Positions 1-14,609 are shown, counted from the stretch's first letter. The stretch is DNA of 64,000 nucleotides from Octopus sinensis (GCF_006345805.1 NC_043002.1:55056001-55120000); one strand, 5' to 3'. Notes: a model not told the origin generated them from the letters alone. Numbers and translations are program-made.

Positions 1-1221
1 CGTCCAACCCAGTAATGGTGCCCCAGCATGGCCACAGTTCAGTGACTAAAAGCAATAAAAGAACACAAGGAGAGAAAAAAAAAAGAGAGCTGCAGACATG
101 ACTTTTATTTGTACACACACACGCACACACAAACACACACACACACACATGCACACACAGATGCACCATTGTAAATGTGTGTGTCTGTTTGCATGTTGTC
201 TATGTCCTCCTTTCACATGTCTGTCTGTATGTATGTGTGTGTGTGTGTTTGTAAATGTGTATGTTTGTAAATGTGTATGTGTCTGCATATTTGTGTTTGT
301 GTGTGTCTGCTATAAAATCCCGGGTGAAGCTGTTAAGCATCTGTTACACGCCACCAGAAGATATTTCACCAATACAGATCAATATTTATCAAACAACAAA
401 TAACTCGATTCAGTGCTGTTTTATTTCCTCCTCTTCTGTCTCTTTCTGACCTCCCATCACTACAAATACGAAACCCCTACCTGGTTGCTTGACGTGCTAG
501 AAATAACAACCACATTTTCCCAGGAAAAGACATTGGAATCTCTGTGTAGTCACACTGACCCCCTAAAATAGTTGGTATGGTCATAAATGGAATGCTTTCA
601 CTAAGTCTGGTCTGACCTAAGGTTCACCACCACCCTAACCCTAACCCACCACCACTGCCTTATTACTGCTTGTTTCTAGTAATCAATATAAACCCTCCCC
701 CATCCACCCGCTTCCTCTGTTGTGGTTAAGGTTTCAATTTGTATTGAATCCATTATTGGCTGCTTGGGACAGTTGACACCTCTCACCTGCAGAAGCAATG
801 TCATGACCTTCTCAATGGAAAATGAAGAGAACAAAAGAAAGGAATAAAGAAAAAGAATGGCGGTGGCAGCGGCGATGGTGGTGGTGGTGGTGGTAGTAGT
901 AGCTGAAGAAGAAGAAGAAAAAAATACTGGCAATATTTCAGTCCTCCTCAAACTCATAATAATTTTGAATTTTAGCACAAGGCCAGCAATTTTCATGGAA
1001 GGGGTTAAGTTGATTGCGTCTACTCCAGTACATGACTGGTGCTTTATTTTATTGACCCCCAAAAGAATGAAAGACAAAGTTGGAACTTGGTAGAATTTGA
1101 ACTTGGAACATAAAAATGGACAAAATGCTGCTAAATATTTTGTCTGACATGCTAACTATTCTGCAAGCTCCCTGCATTAATAATAATAATCATTATTATT
1201 ATGGTAATAATAATAATTATG

Positions 1222-1253
<32 letters not shown>

Positions 1254-1632
1254 TATAATAATATCATCGAAAAATACCCACAAGGACAGCCATTTTAGGG
1301 GGAGCAGACTAATCGATCATATCAGCTCCAGTGTTTCACTGGTACTTAATTTATCAACCCTAAAAGGATGAAAGGCAAAGTCAACCTTGGAGGAATTTGA
1401 ACTCAGAACATAGTGATGGGCGAAATACCGCTAAGCATTTTGTCCACCGTTCTAATGATTCTACCAGCTAGCCGCCATAAATAATAATAATAATAATGAT
1501 GATGATGATGATAATAATAATGCTTATGCCTGGTGTACCCTTATCAGATGGGTAGTCATGATGGGCATTCTGGGCTTTGTATATTTTACCCCAGTGTCAC
1601 TTTGATGGCATAATTTGCTCTCTCACTCAATA

Positions 1633-1678
<46 letters not shown>

Positions 1679-2699
1679 TAATAATGATGATGATGTTTCT
1701 AATTTAGGCACAAGGCCTGAAATTTTGTGGGGAAAGTTTAGTTCAATACAGCCAACTTCAGTACTTGACTGATATTCTGCTGCTTTTTATCCTTTCAGGA
1801 TTGACAAAACAAAGTCAATCTTGGCAGGAATTGAACTTAGATACAAGCAGCGAACTCAGCAGTGAACTCAGTCTGACTTGGCTGTCTCATGCTGTTACAA
1901 ACATCCTCAACAATAAAACTCACCTGGCTACATTCCCTCTCATCTTCCACCTCTCTGAAATCAGAAGTCAATGATACTGTTTCAACAACTCCACTAACTG
2001 TAACTTATTTTCCAACTTATAACTTTCCACACTAATAGTTGAAATACTTATCTCAGTCTGTCTGTTTCTGTGGGAAGAAGGTTGTGTATGTGTGTGTGTG
2101 TGTGTGTGTGGAGGCGTTTACAGGTTGGTTTAGAAATTAGAATCAGGTTGATACACTTCTTCTGGCAATGGAGGGACAAAAATACTGCGATGTAACCATT
2201 GTTTAGTTTGCACAGAAAAATTTAAACTGTCTCTGTTTAAAAAATATGTATTTATATATATTTTACTTCAGAATTTATCTCCACAAAGCTATGTAGTCCA
2301 TATATATTTGTATGTATGTGTGTGTGTGTGTGTATATATATTTATATATACACACACATATGTATATATGGATACAGGACATCACCAATGGTGCAAATAA
2401 CATGGAATACATAAACAAGTAAAAAATGGAAAACAGGACAAGTAAACTCAGAGAAAGGACCCTTCATCAGTTGCTGGCTGTCTATCTACACTTCATTTCA
2501 AGCATTCAACGACAATACGAGTTTTCAAAGACAGTTGCTCCCATAAATTCTAAAATTGGAGACATACAAGGAAATCAAGCAAAAACAAAGATGGAGGGTT
2601 GTTAGATCAGAATGAGAGGAAAATAGTGAATGCTATATATATATATTTTGTCAGAAGTTCATATGTCCAAAAATGAAGCACACTCTAAGCATCAGAGCA

Positions 2700-2900
2700 G
2701 TAACATGTTTTTTAGGCAGTCAAAAGTTATGGCCGTGTCAGAGAGTGACCATTAGTTTCGCATTTATTAAGTGCTCAGCAGTATAGGAGACTTGTTAGAC
2801 TCAAATGGCTGTCACTTATACTGCTAAGCATTTATAGGTGTGAAACCAATGGTTGCTCTGTGACTGGCCATAACTTTTGACTTCCTAAGAAATATACTTA
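2700..2900. mobile_element. Foldback/MITE with ~85-bp inverted arms
   Basis: ttaggcagtcaaaagttatggcc..gcagtata versus tatactgc..ggccataacttttgacttcctaa. Confidence 0.72.
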
Positions 2901-3276
2901 TTTTTTTATCTTTTGCATATTTCAGTCATTTGACTATCACCATGCTGGGGCACTGACTTTAGATATGTATATATGTAATTAATAATTTGTTAGATTCATT
3001 TTGATTCAAGGTATTTTCATATTAAGGACACCCAGTGAAGGTTGAGATCCACCCATCCGTGTATATATCATGTACAAATGCCTGCACAAACCCATACATA
3101 TATGGGCATGTCCAAACACTTACGTATACATGTACATGAACACATCACTAAACACATCCATATAGACATATGTGTATATGAAATTATATACCCATACTAC
3201 TCACTGGCATCCAGTTTCACGATCCACTCTGATTTCCAGATCCAACATAGGGAAGGTTTCGGGTGTGGTGTTTACC

Positions 3277-3636
3277 TAAAGAAAGAACAGAAATTGGTTA
3301 AGGTTTCACTACAGCTGTTTCACACATGTTTTTTATTGATGAATGATATGATTACATTATGGCAAAAACAAAAATGTTTTCTTTAAGTGATTTAAAATTT
3401 GGTTCAGAGAAAAATAATATCAAGATGTGGAATGTGGATCGTCCCTCTCTTTTTGGCAACTAATAAAAAGTAAATCTGCATATTTTTGTCTCTGAGCCAA
3501 ATTTTAAATTTTAATTCATCCGAAGAAAATAGTTTTTCTTTTTTCAGGATGCAATCATATTATTCATAAATAATTAAAAAAAAACATGTCCGAAACAGCT
3601 GTAGTGAAACCTTAAGCCTTTTGTGTTCTTTCTTTA
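3277..3636. mobile_element. TIR element with TTAA-GG termini (Kolobok-like?)
   Basis: TTAA GGTTTCACTACAGCTGTTTC..GAAACAGCTGTAGTGAAACC TTAA; inverted similarity extends ~20 bp beyond the TTAA. Confidence 0.68.
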
Positions 3637-5040
3637 TATAAGAGAAATTATGTTTAATGAATTGTATTAATTACATTAAATATTATGAATTGCTTTTAAA
3701 ACGCCCTTAGGCATTTTGTGTGTGTGTAATATATATACACCTGTGTATATGTGAGTGGTATTAAAATAAATATGAAGTAAACTACATAATAGCTATATAT
3801 ATATATTAATGGTTATACATATGTAATACATAATAGTTATACATAATGGTTATATATATTCAATTATAAACCATTTTATCTTGATTAGAAGGATAGGAGT
3901 GACACACACCTTCAGTGAAGCAGGCTTGAGCAAGGAGAGCAACTTACCTTGCCTTGCAGCACATCACAGTGGCTGCTTCAAGAGTTGCAATGAATTTGAC
4001 ATGTCCAACATTATTCCAGCATTTTATCCTCACGACCTTTGTATCTGTGGAGTGGAATTTAACCTATTTCGTTTGGTGCTAATATTTCATTAGTATCAAC
4101 ATGATGTGAATGTGTGTGTGTGTGTGTGGGGGGGGGGGCATGTAGAATTGTAAACAGCTTAGCTTGCTTTCTTTTAAATACAATGTCTCTATTATTATTA
4201 TTACTTTGGTTTGGCTCAGGTTTGGTCTTGTTCCTGGTAGGATTTAGGTTACTACCTGTAGGGTTACTACCTGTAACCTCAGGATAGGTGTCCACAAGTT
4301 TTCAACAGTCTTTCAAGTGCTCTCAACCCTCTTGATACTACTACTACTACTACTGCTACTACTACTACTTCATCTTCTTTTTCTTCTTCATTGTCATCGT
4401 CTTCATCATCATCATCATGTGGCATGCTGGCAGAATTGTTAGCATGCTGGACAAAATGCTTGGAATTTATTTTATCCATCGTTACTTTCTGAGTTCAAAT
4501 TCCATCGTGGCTGACTTTGCCTTGCATCTCTTCAGGGTCAATAGAAAGAAGTGCCAGCTGGATGTTGGGGGTCGATGCAATTGACTTATTCTCTCCTCTG
4601 AAATTACTGGCTTTGTGCCAAAATTTGAAATTATCATCATCACTATTAAGGCGGTGGTGAGTTGGCAGAATCATTAGCATGCTGGGTGAAATGCTTAGCA
4701 GTATTTCGTTCTGAGTTCAAATTCTACCGAGATCGACTTCGCTTTTCATCATTTCAGGGTCGATTAAATAAGTACCAGTTATGCACTGGGGTTGATGTAA
4801 TCGACTTAATCCCTTCCCCCAAATTTGAGGCCTTGTGCCTCCCATAGAAAGGATTATTATTATTGTCATCATCATCATCATCATCATCATCATTATTATT
4901 AAGGTGATGAAGTTCTTTATGTTCTGAGTTCAAATTCTGCCAAGGTTGACTTCACCTTTCATTCTTTGTGGGGTTGATAAAATAAAGTACTAAGTCAAGA
5001 ACTAGGGTTGATACTATTGACCTATCCCTTCCCTTTAGGG

Positions 5041-5420
5041 ATCCAAAAACACCTCAGTATATTTGGGAGAGCAGAGGATGTTGTTTAGCTCTCACAATAC
5101 AATATGCCAAAATGGAAAAACTAAACTAACATCTGCTCAAGATATGTTAGATGAGGTCAGCACATGAAGAGGAATACTCCAAGGTGATACACTCACATCA
5201 CTATCCTTTGTGGTGGTTCTGATCCCCTTTTCTATTGACCTTGAGCGAGGCTTAATCATGCCATGAATTTATCAGTGGTGAGGAAATGCACCACCTCCTG
5301 TTTAGAGATGACCTGAAATTATTTGCCAAAAGTGAGAATACTTTCGATTCATTGGTCCTGACTGTTAGAGTTGTGAGTGATGACATGGGCATGGAGTTTA
5401 GAATAGATGTGTGGTACCAA
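5041..5420 (+). mobile_element. Degenerate R4/Dong-like non-LTR reverse transcriptase fragment
   Basis: Translates to MPKWKTKLT..RGILQGDTLTSLSFVVVLIP..HHLLFRDDLKLFAKS..SDDMGMEF, with stops. Confidence 0.7.
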
Positions 5421-6185
5421 TAATAAGAAGAGGATAAATATCCAAGTCAGAAGGGATTAAACTCCCAGATGTGCTGGGTTAATCTGAGCAATGAATGAAG
5501 GTGAGTAATACAAATGCATAGGTGTATTGGAAGTAGATAGAAGGAATGAGAGAGGAGGGGAGGAATGAATATTTCAGGAGAGCGAGAAGGTGCTAAACTT
5601 AAAAGTGAATGAAGAGAAAAGCATTTGTGAGGGGTGTGACTAATACAATATTCTGCTGCTTTCCTGAACTGGACTAAGAAGGAATTAAGAGACATAAGCC
5701 ATAGAACCAGAAAGAGACAATGTCCATGTATAGGTCATTACATCCCAGAAACAGTGTTGATAGGTTATTCCTTCCATGGAAGGAGCAGGGTGGAGAGGAC
5801 TGATATTAATAGAGGTCAAAACTGTACCTGAAAAATAGAACTGAAAACCTGATTTAGCTAACTGCCAGAGCAGAAAGAAACTATGGAAACGGTGAAAGAA
5901 CAGAGGGCTGTTGGGCAAGTGTCTTCTTTAAGCTCAGGTTGACCAAAGCCCTTTGAGTAAAACTGGTTGATGCAGACTGTATGAAAGCTCATTATATTGT
6001 GTGTGTGTGTGTGTTCATGCTTCATAACTTAGCACTTCAACGAATAGAGATTGCTAAGATAATTATTAGACTTGAGAGTAAGTGCTGGATCAATATGATC
6101 AACTAGAATCCTTCAAGGCTTTGCCCTAGTATGGTTGCAGCTCAAGAACTGAGACAAGTAAAGATATATATATATATATAATGAG

Positions 6186-6225
<40 letters not shown>

Positions 6226-6757
6226 AAAACAATTAATTTGTGAACAAAAGTATATCTTGCTGAAAACTAGTGAATAATGAAAAAAGAAAAACATATTGTT
6301 GGATTTGTTTTTGGCAATGGTGCAATAAAAACTAATGACTTTTTGTAATTAACAGAAGAGAAAAAAGAAAGAAAAAAACTTTAACATTAAAATGGAAAAC
6401 TTGACTTGAAATCTATCTAGAAAAAAGAAAAAAAATGAAATGAAACAAGTGTTGGACCTCATGGAGGCAATGGCTGAGTTCATTTGGCATCGTGCCATGC
6501 TTGAGAAGAAGACCCATCAAGTCAAGTAAAACCGCAGTTGTGGCAGATACTGGTGTTATACAAATGGCACCCATGCCAGTGGCACGTAAAAGCACCTAAT
6601 ACACTCTTGGAGTGGTTGGCATTAGGAAGGGCATCCAACCATAGAAACCATACCAAAACAGACTGTAGTCTGGTGTAGCCTTCCAGCCTTGCCAGCCCTG
6701 GTCAAAGCACCAAACCCATGCCAGCATGGACAATAGAGGTTAAATGATGATAGTGAT

Positions 6758-6794
<37 letters not shown>

Positions 6795-7488
6795 TTAATT
6801 CTTTATTGCCCACAAGGGGCTAAACATAGAGGGAACAAACAAGGACAGACGAAGGGACTAAGTCGATTACATCAACCCCAGTGAGCAACTGGTACTTATT
6901 TAATCAACCCCAAAAGGATGAAAGGCAAAGTCAACCTCAGCGGAATTTGAGCTCAGAATGGAGCAGCAGACGAAATACCGTTAAGCATTTTGCCTGGTGT
7001 GCTAACAATCCTACAAGCTCGCTGCCTTCATATACACACTAACACACACACACAGTGGTAGTGATGACTGAGAGATAGAGTTAGAAGACGGCAATAGTTT
7101 TCTGGCAAGGTTAAAGGAAGTCTTCACTGAAGACATCTCCTTAAATCATATTTTCAAGAAGGCAATTCTCACATCCTCCACCTTCAGGATATTCTTTTTT
7201 TTTTGTCAGTCGAAGGCCAAGGGGATGGTGGTGATGGGTAGGGAGCTTTCTCAAAAAATCCTATTTTGAAATAAACCCTTTTTTTTTTTAACTTCCTTAA
7301 AAAAAACAAAAAACAGTTGTCATGTCAGGTTAACATTAACTGGTTTTCTTTTACCATTTTGCATTCCCAGCCAGGGGTCCCCCCTCACACACACACATAC
7401 AAACACACACACACACACTTCATTTCTTGAAATCAACAGGTTGGCTGGTTGCCTGGCAAAAGTTGCAGCTATTGTCTGCAGCTGTGAC

Positions 7489-7534
<46 letters not shown>

Positions 7535-7714
7535 AGTATATATATATATATATATATAAATTCAGCTTCACCCAGCTAATGTGCATGTATGTATACACCC
7601 AGCCCATGTCTTATTGATAATGCATTGTCAGCTCACATTACCTTTGTGTGTGTGTGGATATATATATATATATATATCCACACACGCATACATACATGCA
7701 TACACATATATTAC

Positions 7715-7754
<40 letters not shown>

Positions 7755-8183
7755 CATACACACATATATTACTGTGCATATATATATATATAATATATAT
7801 ATATATATATACTTATATACACTTTTTTTTTACTGACAGTACTAAACAACAAACATTTAAGATATTTGTTTGTCTAAAGTGTTTATTGTTTAGTGTTGCC
7901 AGTGTTTAACCCCAGGTCATCTGAGACAAGACAGACTGATTCACCTGTAATCAAATAACCAGTTCACTACCTTTGTGGTCATTAAAATGCTGACAAGGTA
8001 TGGCTTGACGGGGATCAGGCTGTTATTTCTAGGAAATCGTCAACATGTAGATATTCTGATGTTATCTTGTGTTGTTGTTGCATCTTGGCCCTCGGTCTTC
8101 AAATGTTGAACAAATCTATGATCAATGGTATTCAGATACAGATTGTGGCAAAAAATAGCATAGATTCACCATTCTTGATTCTA

Positions 8184-8702
8184 ACTAGAAAGGGTATGAC
8201 CTAGTCAGCCTGTAATGACATGCATAAGATCTGGTCATCAAATCTAAGTAGAGACTTTAGACTTGAAATCCTCAAAGCCACAGTCGAACCAATTCGACTA
8301 TATGGCTCAGAAACCTGGACATTATCAAAGAAGCTTGAGAGGCAGTTGGATGGAACCAAACTCGCCTCCTTATGAGAGCTCAAAATCTCTCGTGGAAGCG
8401 TCATCCAACCAAAATGCAAATATATGGGAAACTACCACCTGTGTCATCTCTTGTGAAAGGTAGGAGAGTCCAGTTTGCTGGACATTGTTGTAGAGCTGAA
8501 AACAAGGCAATTTCTACTCTTCTCTGGAAGCCATCTACTCGCAATACCAGAGGGCGCACACTCTCCTACCCTGATGTAATCTCCAGGGATACAGGCATCC
8601 AGCAACAGGACCTCCATAATGCTATGATGGACCGTGAAGTCTGGTGTAGCATGGCAAATTCCATTGTCTCGACCACGGTCGAACAATGATGATGATGATG
8701 AT
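8184..8702 (+). mobile_element. 5'-truncated RTE-clade-like LINE fragment
   Basis: KATVEPIxLYGSETWTL, frameshift, MRAQNLSWKRHPTK..RRVQFAGHC..DREVW, then (TGA)n tail. Confidence 0.82.
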
Positions 8703-9277
8703 TGATTAGCATTTTTGCAATAAATACATTTTATATAGAAGTTAAAAAAAACCATAATGACACTTTGAGAAATGGTAAAACATTAGCATCAGTAAGATGC
8801 CATTATCCTTGCCCTAACTTTACTCATGCCACAGCAATGGCTGTGTAAATCATGGGTGGTTTTTCTGCCGCATCCTATATACCCAGACGCTGTGATGTGA
8901 TTTTGAGAGATTTGCCTGTTATTTCTTGCATGTAGAACGACTGCAAAGAGACTCCATTTGTACGTGTGTGTGTGTGTTGTGGTCTGAGTCTAATATAAAT
9001 AAATAACTACAACAATACTAACTGCGCTGTATTTTGTTCATTAATTGACTTCAACAAAAAAAATTATCAGCGTAATTAATTAGATTGAGTCAAACTTGAA
9101 TGAAGCCACTGAGGTGACAACTGCCAGGTAGACTGGCACACGGCTTGTATTTATTAGCTTTCCTTTCCCACATTCCCCCTCTCCCTCACTTTCTCTCTCT
9201 CTTTCTCCCCTCTTCTCTCTCTAACCATTATATATATTATATATTTTTTTTCCTGTCTTTCATCGCATTGTTTAAGT

Positions 9278-9574
9278 CAGTGGTTTTCAACCAGGGTCCA
9301 TATAACCCTTGGGGTTCCATATAACCTTTGGGGGGTCCATATAACTTTTGGGGATCCATATTAGATTTTGTTGCTGAAAATTATATGCAATAAATTTATG
9401 TAGTTATACTTTGACAATCCACAAAATATTTTAATAATTTTTTAAAAGCAATTCCTAATATTTAATTTTAAAGGTCTAATAGGGTTCTTAAAACATCGAA
9501 TCGATCTGTGGGTCCAGCTGAGTGAAATTGAAATGAAAAGGGATCCAAGAGCAAAAAATGGTTGAGAACTGTTT
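9278..9574. mobile_element. hAT(Charlie)-like MITE with three ~21-bp internal repeats
   Basis: CAGTGGTTTTCAACC..GGTTGAGAAC termini; 8-bp flanks gtttaagt/gtttacat. Confidence 0.7.
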
Positions 9575-10849
9575 GTTTACATTGATGCGTTTGTAGACTT
9601 CATAACTTTCAGTGCTGGCACCAAACAGATGTTGAAATTACCAAAGATGTTGTGATGTGTTGTTGCAGTTGTTATCACTGATGTTGAGTGAGGGTGGTGA
9701 TGATAGTGATGATGATGATGATGATGTGACAAGCTGCTCTTTCTCTCATTTTTTTAAAAGACTCACTCTAGGGCAGTGTTGTGAATGGCAGAAACTTTTA
9801 CGAACAGCAAATGGCTCCTATTTTGTCAATTCTTTGGAATCGCCAGAGAATCCGTTCAGTGGCATTGCATAGCTTTTCACCTGTCTGCTCCATCATCGAC
9901 TGAGAACAGTTTTTGATGTCTCATTCTTCAATTCTAAACACTATGTGAGATGTTCAATAAAGAGTGGATATTATTAGTGTTGTGTCCATCCAGGGGAAGA
10001 GTGGACTCTCAGACAGTTGAATTGTGATTGATAAGTGCATGATTAATGTAAGATCAAAGATTTATTTTGACTAAACATAAAGAGCAAAACTTTATGAGGT
10101 GGGTAATACATCTTTTATGAAGTGGGTGTGCACATCTTAAATACACACACACGCATTACATACATATATACATACATATAGACAGACGCATACATACATA
10201 TACGTACACACATGCGTACATACATACACATGCACATACATACATGCTTATGTACATACGTACATACATACATACATACATACGCACACACCTACCTACA
10301 TACACACACACCTACATACATTCATACACACACCCCTACATACACACCTACATACATACAATACATTGGTTTCAAATTCTGGTTGAAGGTATGCAGGTTC
10401 GGGAGAGAAGTTCAGTTGATTGCATCGACCCGAGTGCAAAACTGATACTTATTTAATTGATCCCAAAAGGATGAAAGGCAAAGTTGACCTTGGTGGAATT
10501 TGAACTCAGAACATAAAGGCAGATGAAATGCCACAAAGCATTTTGCCTGGTGTGCCAACAATTCTGCCAGCTACATGCAATACGTTAATGTGTGTGTGTA
10601 TGCATGCACTGTGGTGGTAGAATGGTTGCTTAAACCTTTGTCTCTTATGTCTTTAACTGCAGCAATTAAATTCTAATCATTAATTAAAAGTTTTACTCGT
10701 TTTCTACAAAATTACTTTTTGTCCCCCACCCCACCCTCATAAACACATTCTGGTACTTCTTTGCTCAGAAACACCGAAATTTGTTCCAGCATCAAAATCC
10801 TCTCTCTCCCTCTCCCTCTCTGTCTGTCTCTCTCCCTATCTCCCCTGCC

Positions 10850-11545
10850 AACTTTAACATTACTGTATCATCTGCCCCACTTAAGCCCCCCCTGCAGCAT
10901 CATTGATCTCCCCCACCCCTTATTCACTGTCCCCTACATTCACCTTTCAACCCTACCCTATCTCTACAATTGTCACCCCACAACCTTCCCCACTTCTTAT
11001 CCCTCAACACTTCTTCTTCATTCATAACACTCACCCCTCCCCTCATCCATTCCTTATCCCTCACCCTTCCATACACTCATGCAATCTCCATCCACCCACC
11101 CACACTCTTGGTTTCTCTGTCCCCACTCATTTCCATTCACCTCATGCATTGAGAATCCACCCTGACATCTCATCACTGCTATTTTAATCTCTTCCCTACT
11201 CCACCCCAATACTTCTAAAATGTGTGAGCAACCACATGGCACCTCTACTGCAAACGAACCTGTTCTACTCTGGTCCCTTCTCTCATCTCTAAGCATAAAC
11301 TTGCTTCTTTCAGGGTGCAGAGTCTTGTAAGTTGTATGACAACATCAACACTGCTGATGCCCTGCAAGTAACACCCAGTCCACACTGTAAAGTGGTTGGT
11401 GTTAGGAAAAGCATCCAGCTGTGGAAACCATTTCAAAGTTGATACTGGAGCCCAATGCAGTCCTAGCACCCACCAGCCAGATCCTGTCAAACCGTCCAAC
11501 CCATGCCTGTATGGAAAACAGATGTTAAATGATGATGATGATAAT
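10850..11545 (+). mobile_element. Composite repeat: C-rich body plus RTE-type 3' tail (related copies about 44880-45500 and, reversed, about 56580-56880)
   Basis: Shared segments (gtgtgagcaaccac, ccagtccacactgtaaagtggttgg, ccaacccatgcc..ggaaaa..gttaaatgatg). Confidence 0.6.
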
Positions 11546-11866
11546 AGACAATAATTTATTAGTCATACTGCCTTCACATTTGTGTTTAATCTTTAATCTT
11601 TAGTGGTTTTTAAATTTTATCTTACTAAGTCTTCTTTGGGTCTTCCACTCTTAACATTACCTTGATCTATGATGGGCTAGAAATGGCTAAATTTGAGTCT
11701 ATGACAAGTAAACCAACAATCCTACAGCCCTTTGTATCTCAGTGACTGTAATTCAACCTGAATTCCTGGCTAAAAGCCAGGAACGCTGACCCTTTCTGCT
11801 GTTCCCTATAACATCGTTGTTTTCTTTTATATTTATAATAATGACTCATTTTCTTTTCTTTTGTAG

Positions 11867-11916
11867 CTTCAGTTCATGTTGGAAAGTTTGAACTACAGAA
11901 ATCCAATGGCTATGTT
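11867..11916 (+). CDS. RREB1: Probable upstream 50-nt exon ([17 protein letters not shown]), coding or 5' UTR
   Basis: Polypyrimidine tract + TTGTAG acceptor and GTAAGT donor. The only open frame that ends in phase 0 matches the 14318 exon. Confidence 0.55.
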
Positions 11917-13420
11917 GTAAGTTTGCTTTTTTTTTATTCTTCAAGATTGGCTAAATTATAGGAATGTAACATTTATCAATCTCTTCGTGCTCCAATATAA
12001 TGAATTAACTTTACAAAGGCAAAAGTATTTTTTAATTCTAACATTTCTCCAGAAACTTAAGCATGTCGTGACAGTTAACTGGACTCGGATAATGTAGAAG
12101 AACATGTTCTGCTTTAAAACGCCATGAAATTTTGACCTGCTATCCATGAGAAAGTAACCATAATACTTTACTCATTTGACTACTTCACGTGTACATTATG
12201 AAATTCTGTAAGTTATATTTTGAAACATTGGGCCTCGCGGACATCAATTTTGGTTCTTGTTTAAGACATGAAAATTATCTCCCTTGATGGTAAGTAATTA
12301 TTTCCCCTGCTGTCAAGTAATTATCTCCCTTGTAGTCAATTACTGAACACTTTCAAAAGCGCAGTGAAACGAAATATTTCAAATCAGGAATCCAAGCCTG
12401 GGCCAGATTCTATTGTTATGGTGAAGATTATGGATATCTTGTAGAGTTACGACATTTTATTAGGCAACCTCTGAGTTGTGCTGGTGTCATGGAAAAAGCA
12501 CCCATTCCACTCTGTAAATTGGTTGGCATCAAAAAGGATGTCCAACTGTCCTCGTTGGATCCTCTCAAACCATCCAGTCTTTGGAAGACATTAAATGATG
12601 AAGATGATGATGAGAGGTTGACTTTCATACATCACCATTCATCATCATCGTTTACTGCCTGCTTTGCATGCTGGCATGGGTTGGACGGTTTGATATGGAA
12701 CTGGCTAGCAAGGAGCTGTCTAGACTCCAACTGTCTGTTGTGGCATGGTTTCTATGACTGGATGCCCTTCCCAATGCCAACTGCTTAACAGGGTGTGCTG
12801 GGTGCTTTTTAAGTGGCACCAACACCTGAAACGACAAACTTGTATGCATAGAAGACAGTGATTTTACTTCGTTTGACACATCTTATCAAGTACAGCAAAT
12901 TGCCATGTCTCCCAGTCCCTTGTCATTTCGTCAGTGAAGTTCAGTATCCAAAGATCCTTTCTCACCACCTTGTCCCATGTCTTCCTGTGTTTATTCCCTT
13001 CCACAGGCTCCCTCCACAATTAAAGATCAGCACTTCTTTACACAGCTGTCCTCATCCATACACATCACATGACCAAACCAGCACAGGCTTCTCTCTCTTG
13101 TGCCACAACAGCTGATGCCTTTTATACCCAGTTTCCCTCTTAAATCATTTACACTCTGTTGCAAATGCACACTGACATTATGCATCCAGTGGAGCCATGC
13201 TAGCTTCGTAGGTGGTCAGCTGGCAGAGTCGCTAGCATGCCAGATGAAATGCTGAACAACTTTTTGCCTGTCCTTACATCTTGAGTTCGAATTCCACCAA
13301 GCTTAACTTTGCTTTTTTAGGGTCTATAAAATAAGTACCAGTTGTGTATTGGAATCAATTTAATTGACTTACTCCTCATCCCATGAAATTGCTGGCCTTG
13401 TGCCAAAATTTTAAACCAAT

Positions 13421-13451
<31 letters not shown>

Positions 13452-14064
13452 TTGTTTGCTTCCACTGCAGAATCGTTAGCATGCTGGGCAAAATTCCTAG
13501 CGGCATTTCGTCTGTCTTTACGTTCTGAGTTCAAATTCTGCCAAGGTCGGCTTTGCTTTTCATCCTTTCAGGGTCGATGAAGCAAGTACCAGTTGCATAC
13601 TGGGGTCGATGTAATCAACTTACCTCTTTCCCCAAAATTTCTGGCCTTTTCCCAGAATTTAAAAGCCATATAAATACATGCTTACAATAAAAGAGTTGAA
13701 ATTCCATCAAGCAGGATTCAAAGCGAAGATGTTAATGCGGGTCTTTGAGAAATTCCTTTCATGGCATTTACCAAATTAGATTTATTGATAAATAATGAAG
13801 GGTGGAAGCTAAGGGATTTGATTAGAAAACCATTTCTTAAAATCTTGAATCTTTTATCGTTTACTTGTTTCAGTTATTAAACTGAGGCCATGCTGGGTCA
13901 CCACCTTGAAGAATTTTAGTCGAATGAATCAACATCGACTTTTTTTAAAACCTGGTACTTATTCTATTAGACTCTTTTGTTGAACCCCTGAGTTAGGAGG
14001 ATGCAAACACATCAATATTAATTGTCAAGTGGTGGTGTTGGGGGTCCAACACAGAAACAAAGAG

Positions 14065-14099
<35 letters not shown>

Positions 14100-14609
14100 T
14101 GAGATGGGTTTCTTTCTGTTTCCATTTACCAAATCCACTCACTAGGCTTGGTCAGGTTATTGTAGAAAACATTTGCCTAAGGGGCCACGCAGTGGAACTG
14201 AACCCGGAACCATGTGGCTGGGAAGCAAACTTTTTACCTCACAGCCATGCCTGTAGAGTAGACAATAAAAACGAAACAAGCAATAATAAGACAGCTTTCC
14301 TTGTTCTGCTTTTGCAGGTTGCTAAGAGTGATGAAGAGCCACATGCACCACTTCTTATGGATGCCAAAAGTATCAACAGCCCAGCTGGAGTACAGTTGAG
14401 TTCATTGCCTGAGCATTTCATACTGGCACCATCCAAACCTTCAACATCAGCTGGTTCCAATAACTGTTCTCCCTCACAGACCACACTTTCCAAACATCAA
14501 CTGAAAATGGATCCAAATGCAGCAGCTGGCAAAGGGAAAAAATCCAAAATTCCTGCAAAACGTAAAAGCAGTGGCAAGGTAGGCTATGAGGAGATCATTT
14601 GCTATCTTG

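Noticed and set aside
9293-9362. Three ~21-bp direct repeats (CRISPR-like?)
   Set aside because: Tandem with no spacers, inside a hAT MITE in eukaryotic DNA.
14099-14317. N-terminal part of the 220-aa ORF
   Set aside because: Antisense SINE and intron sequence upstream of the real acceptor.
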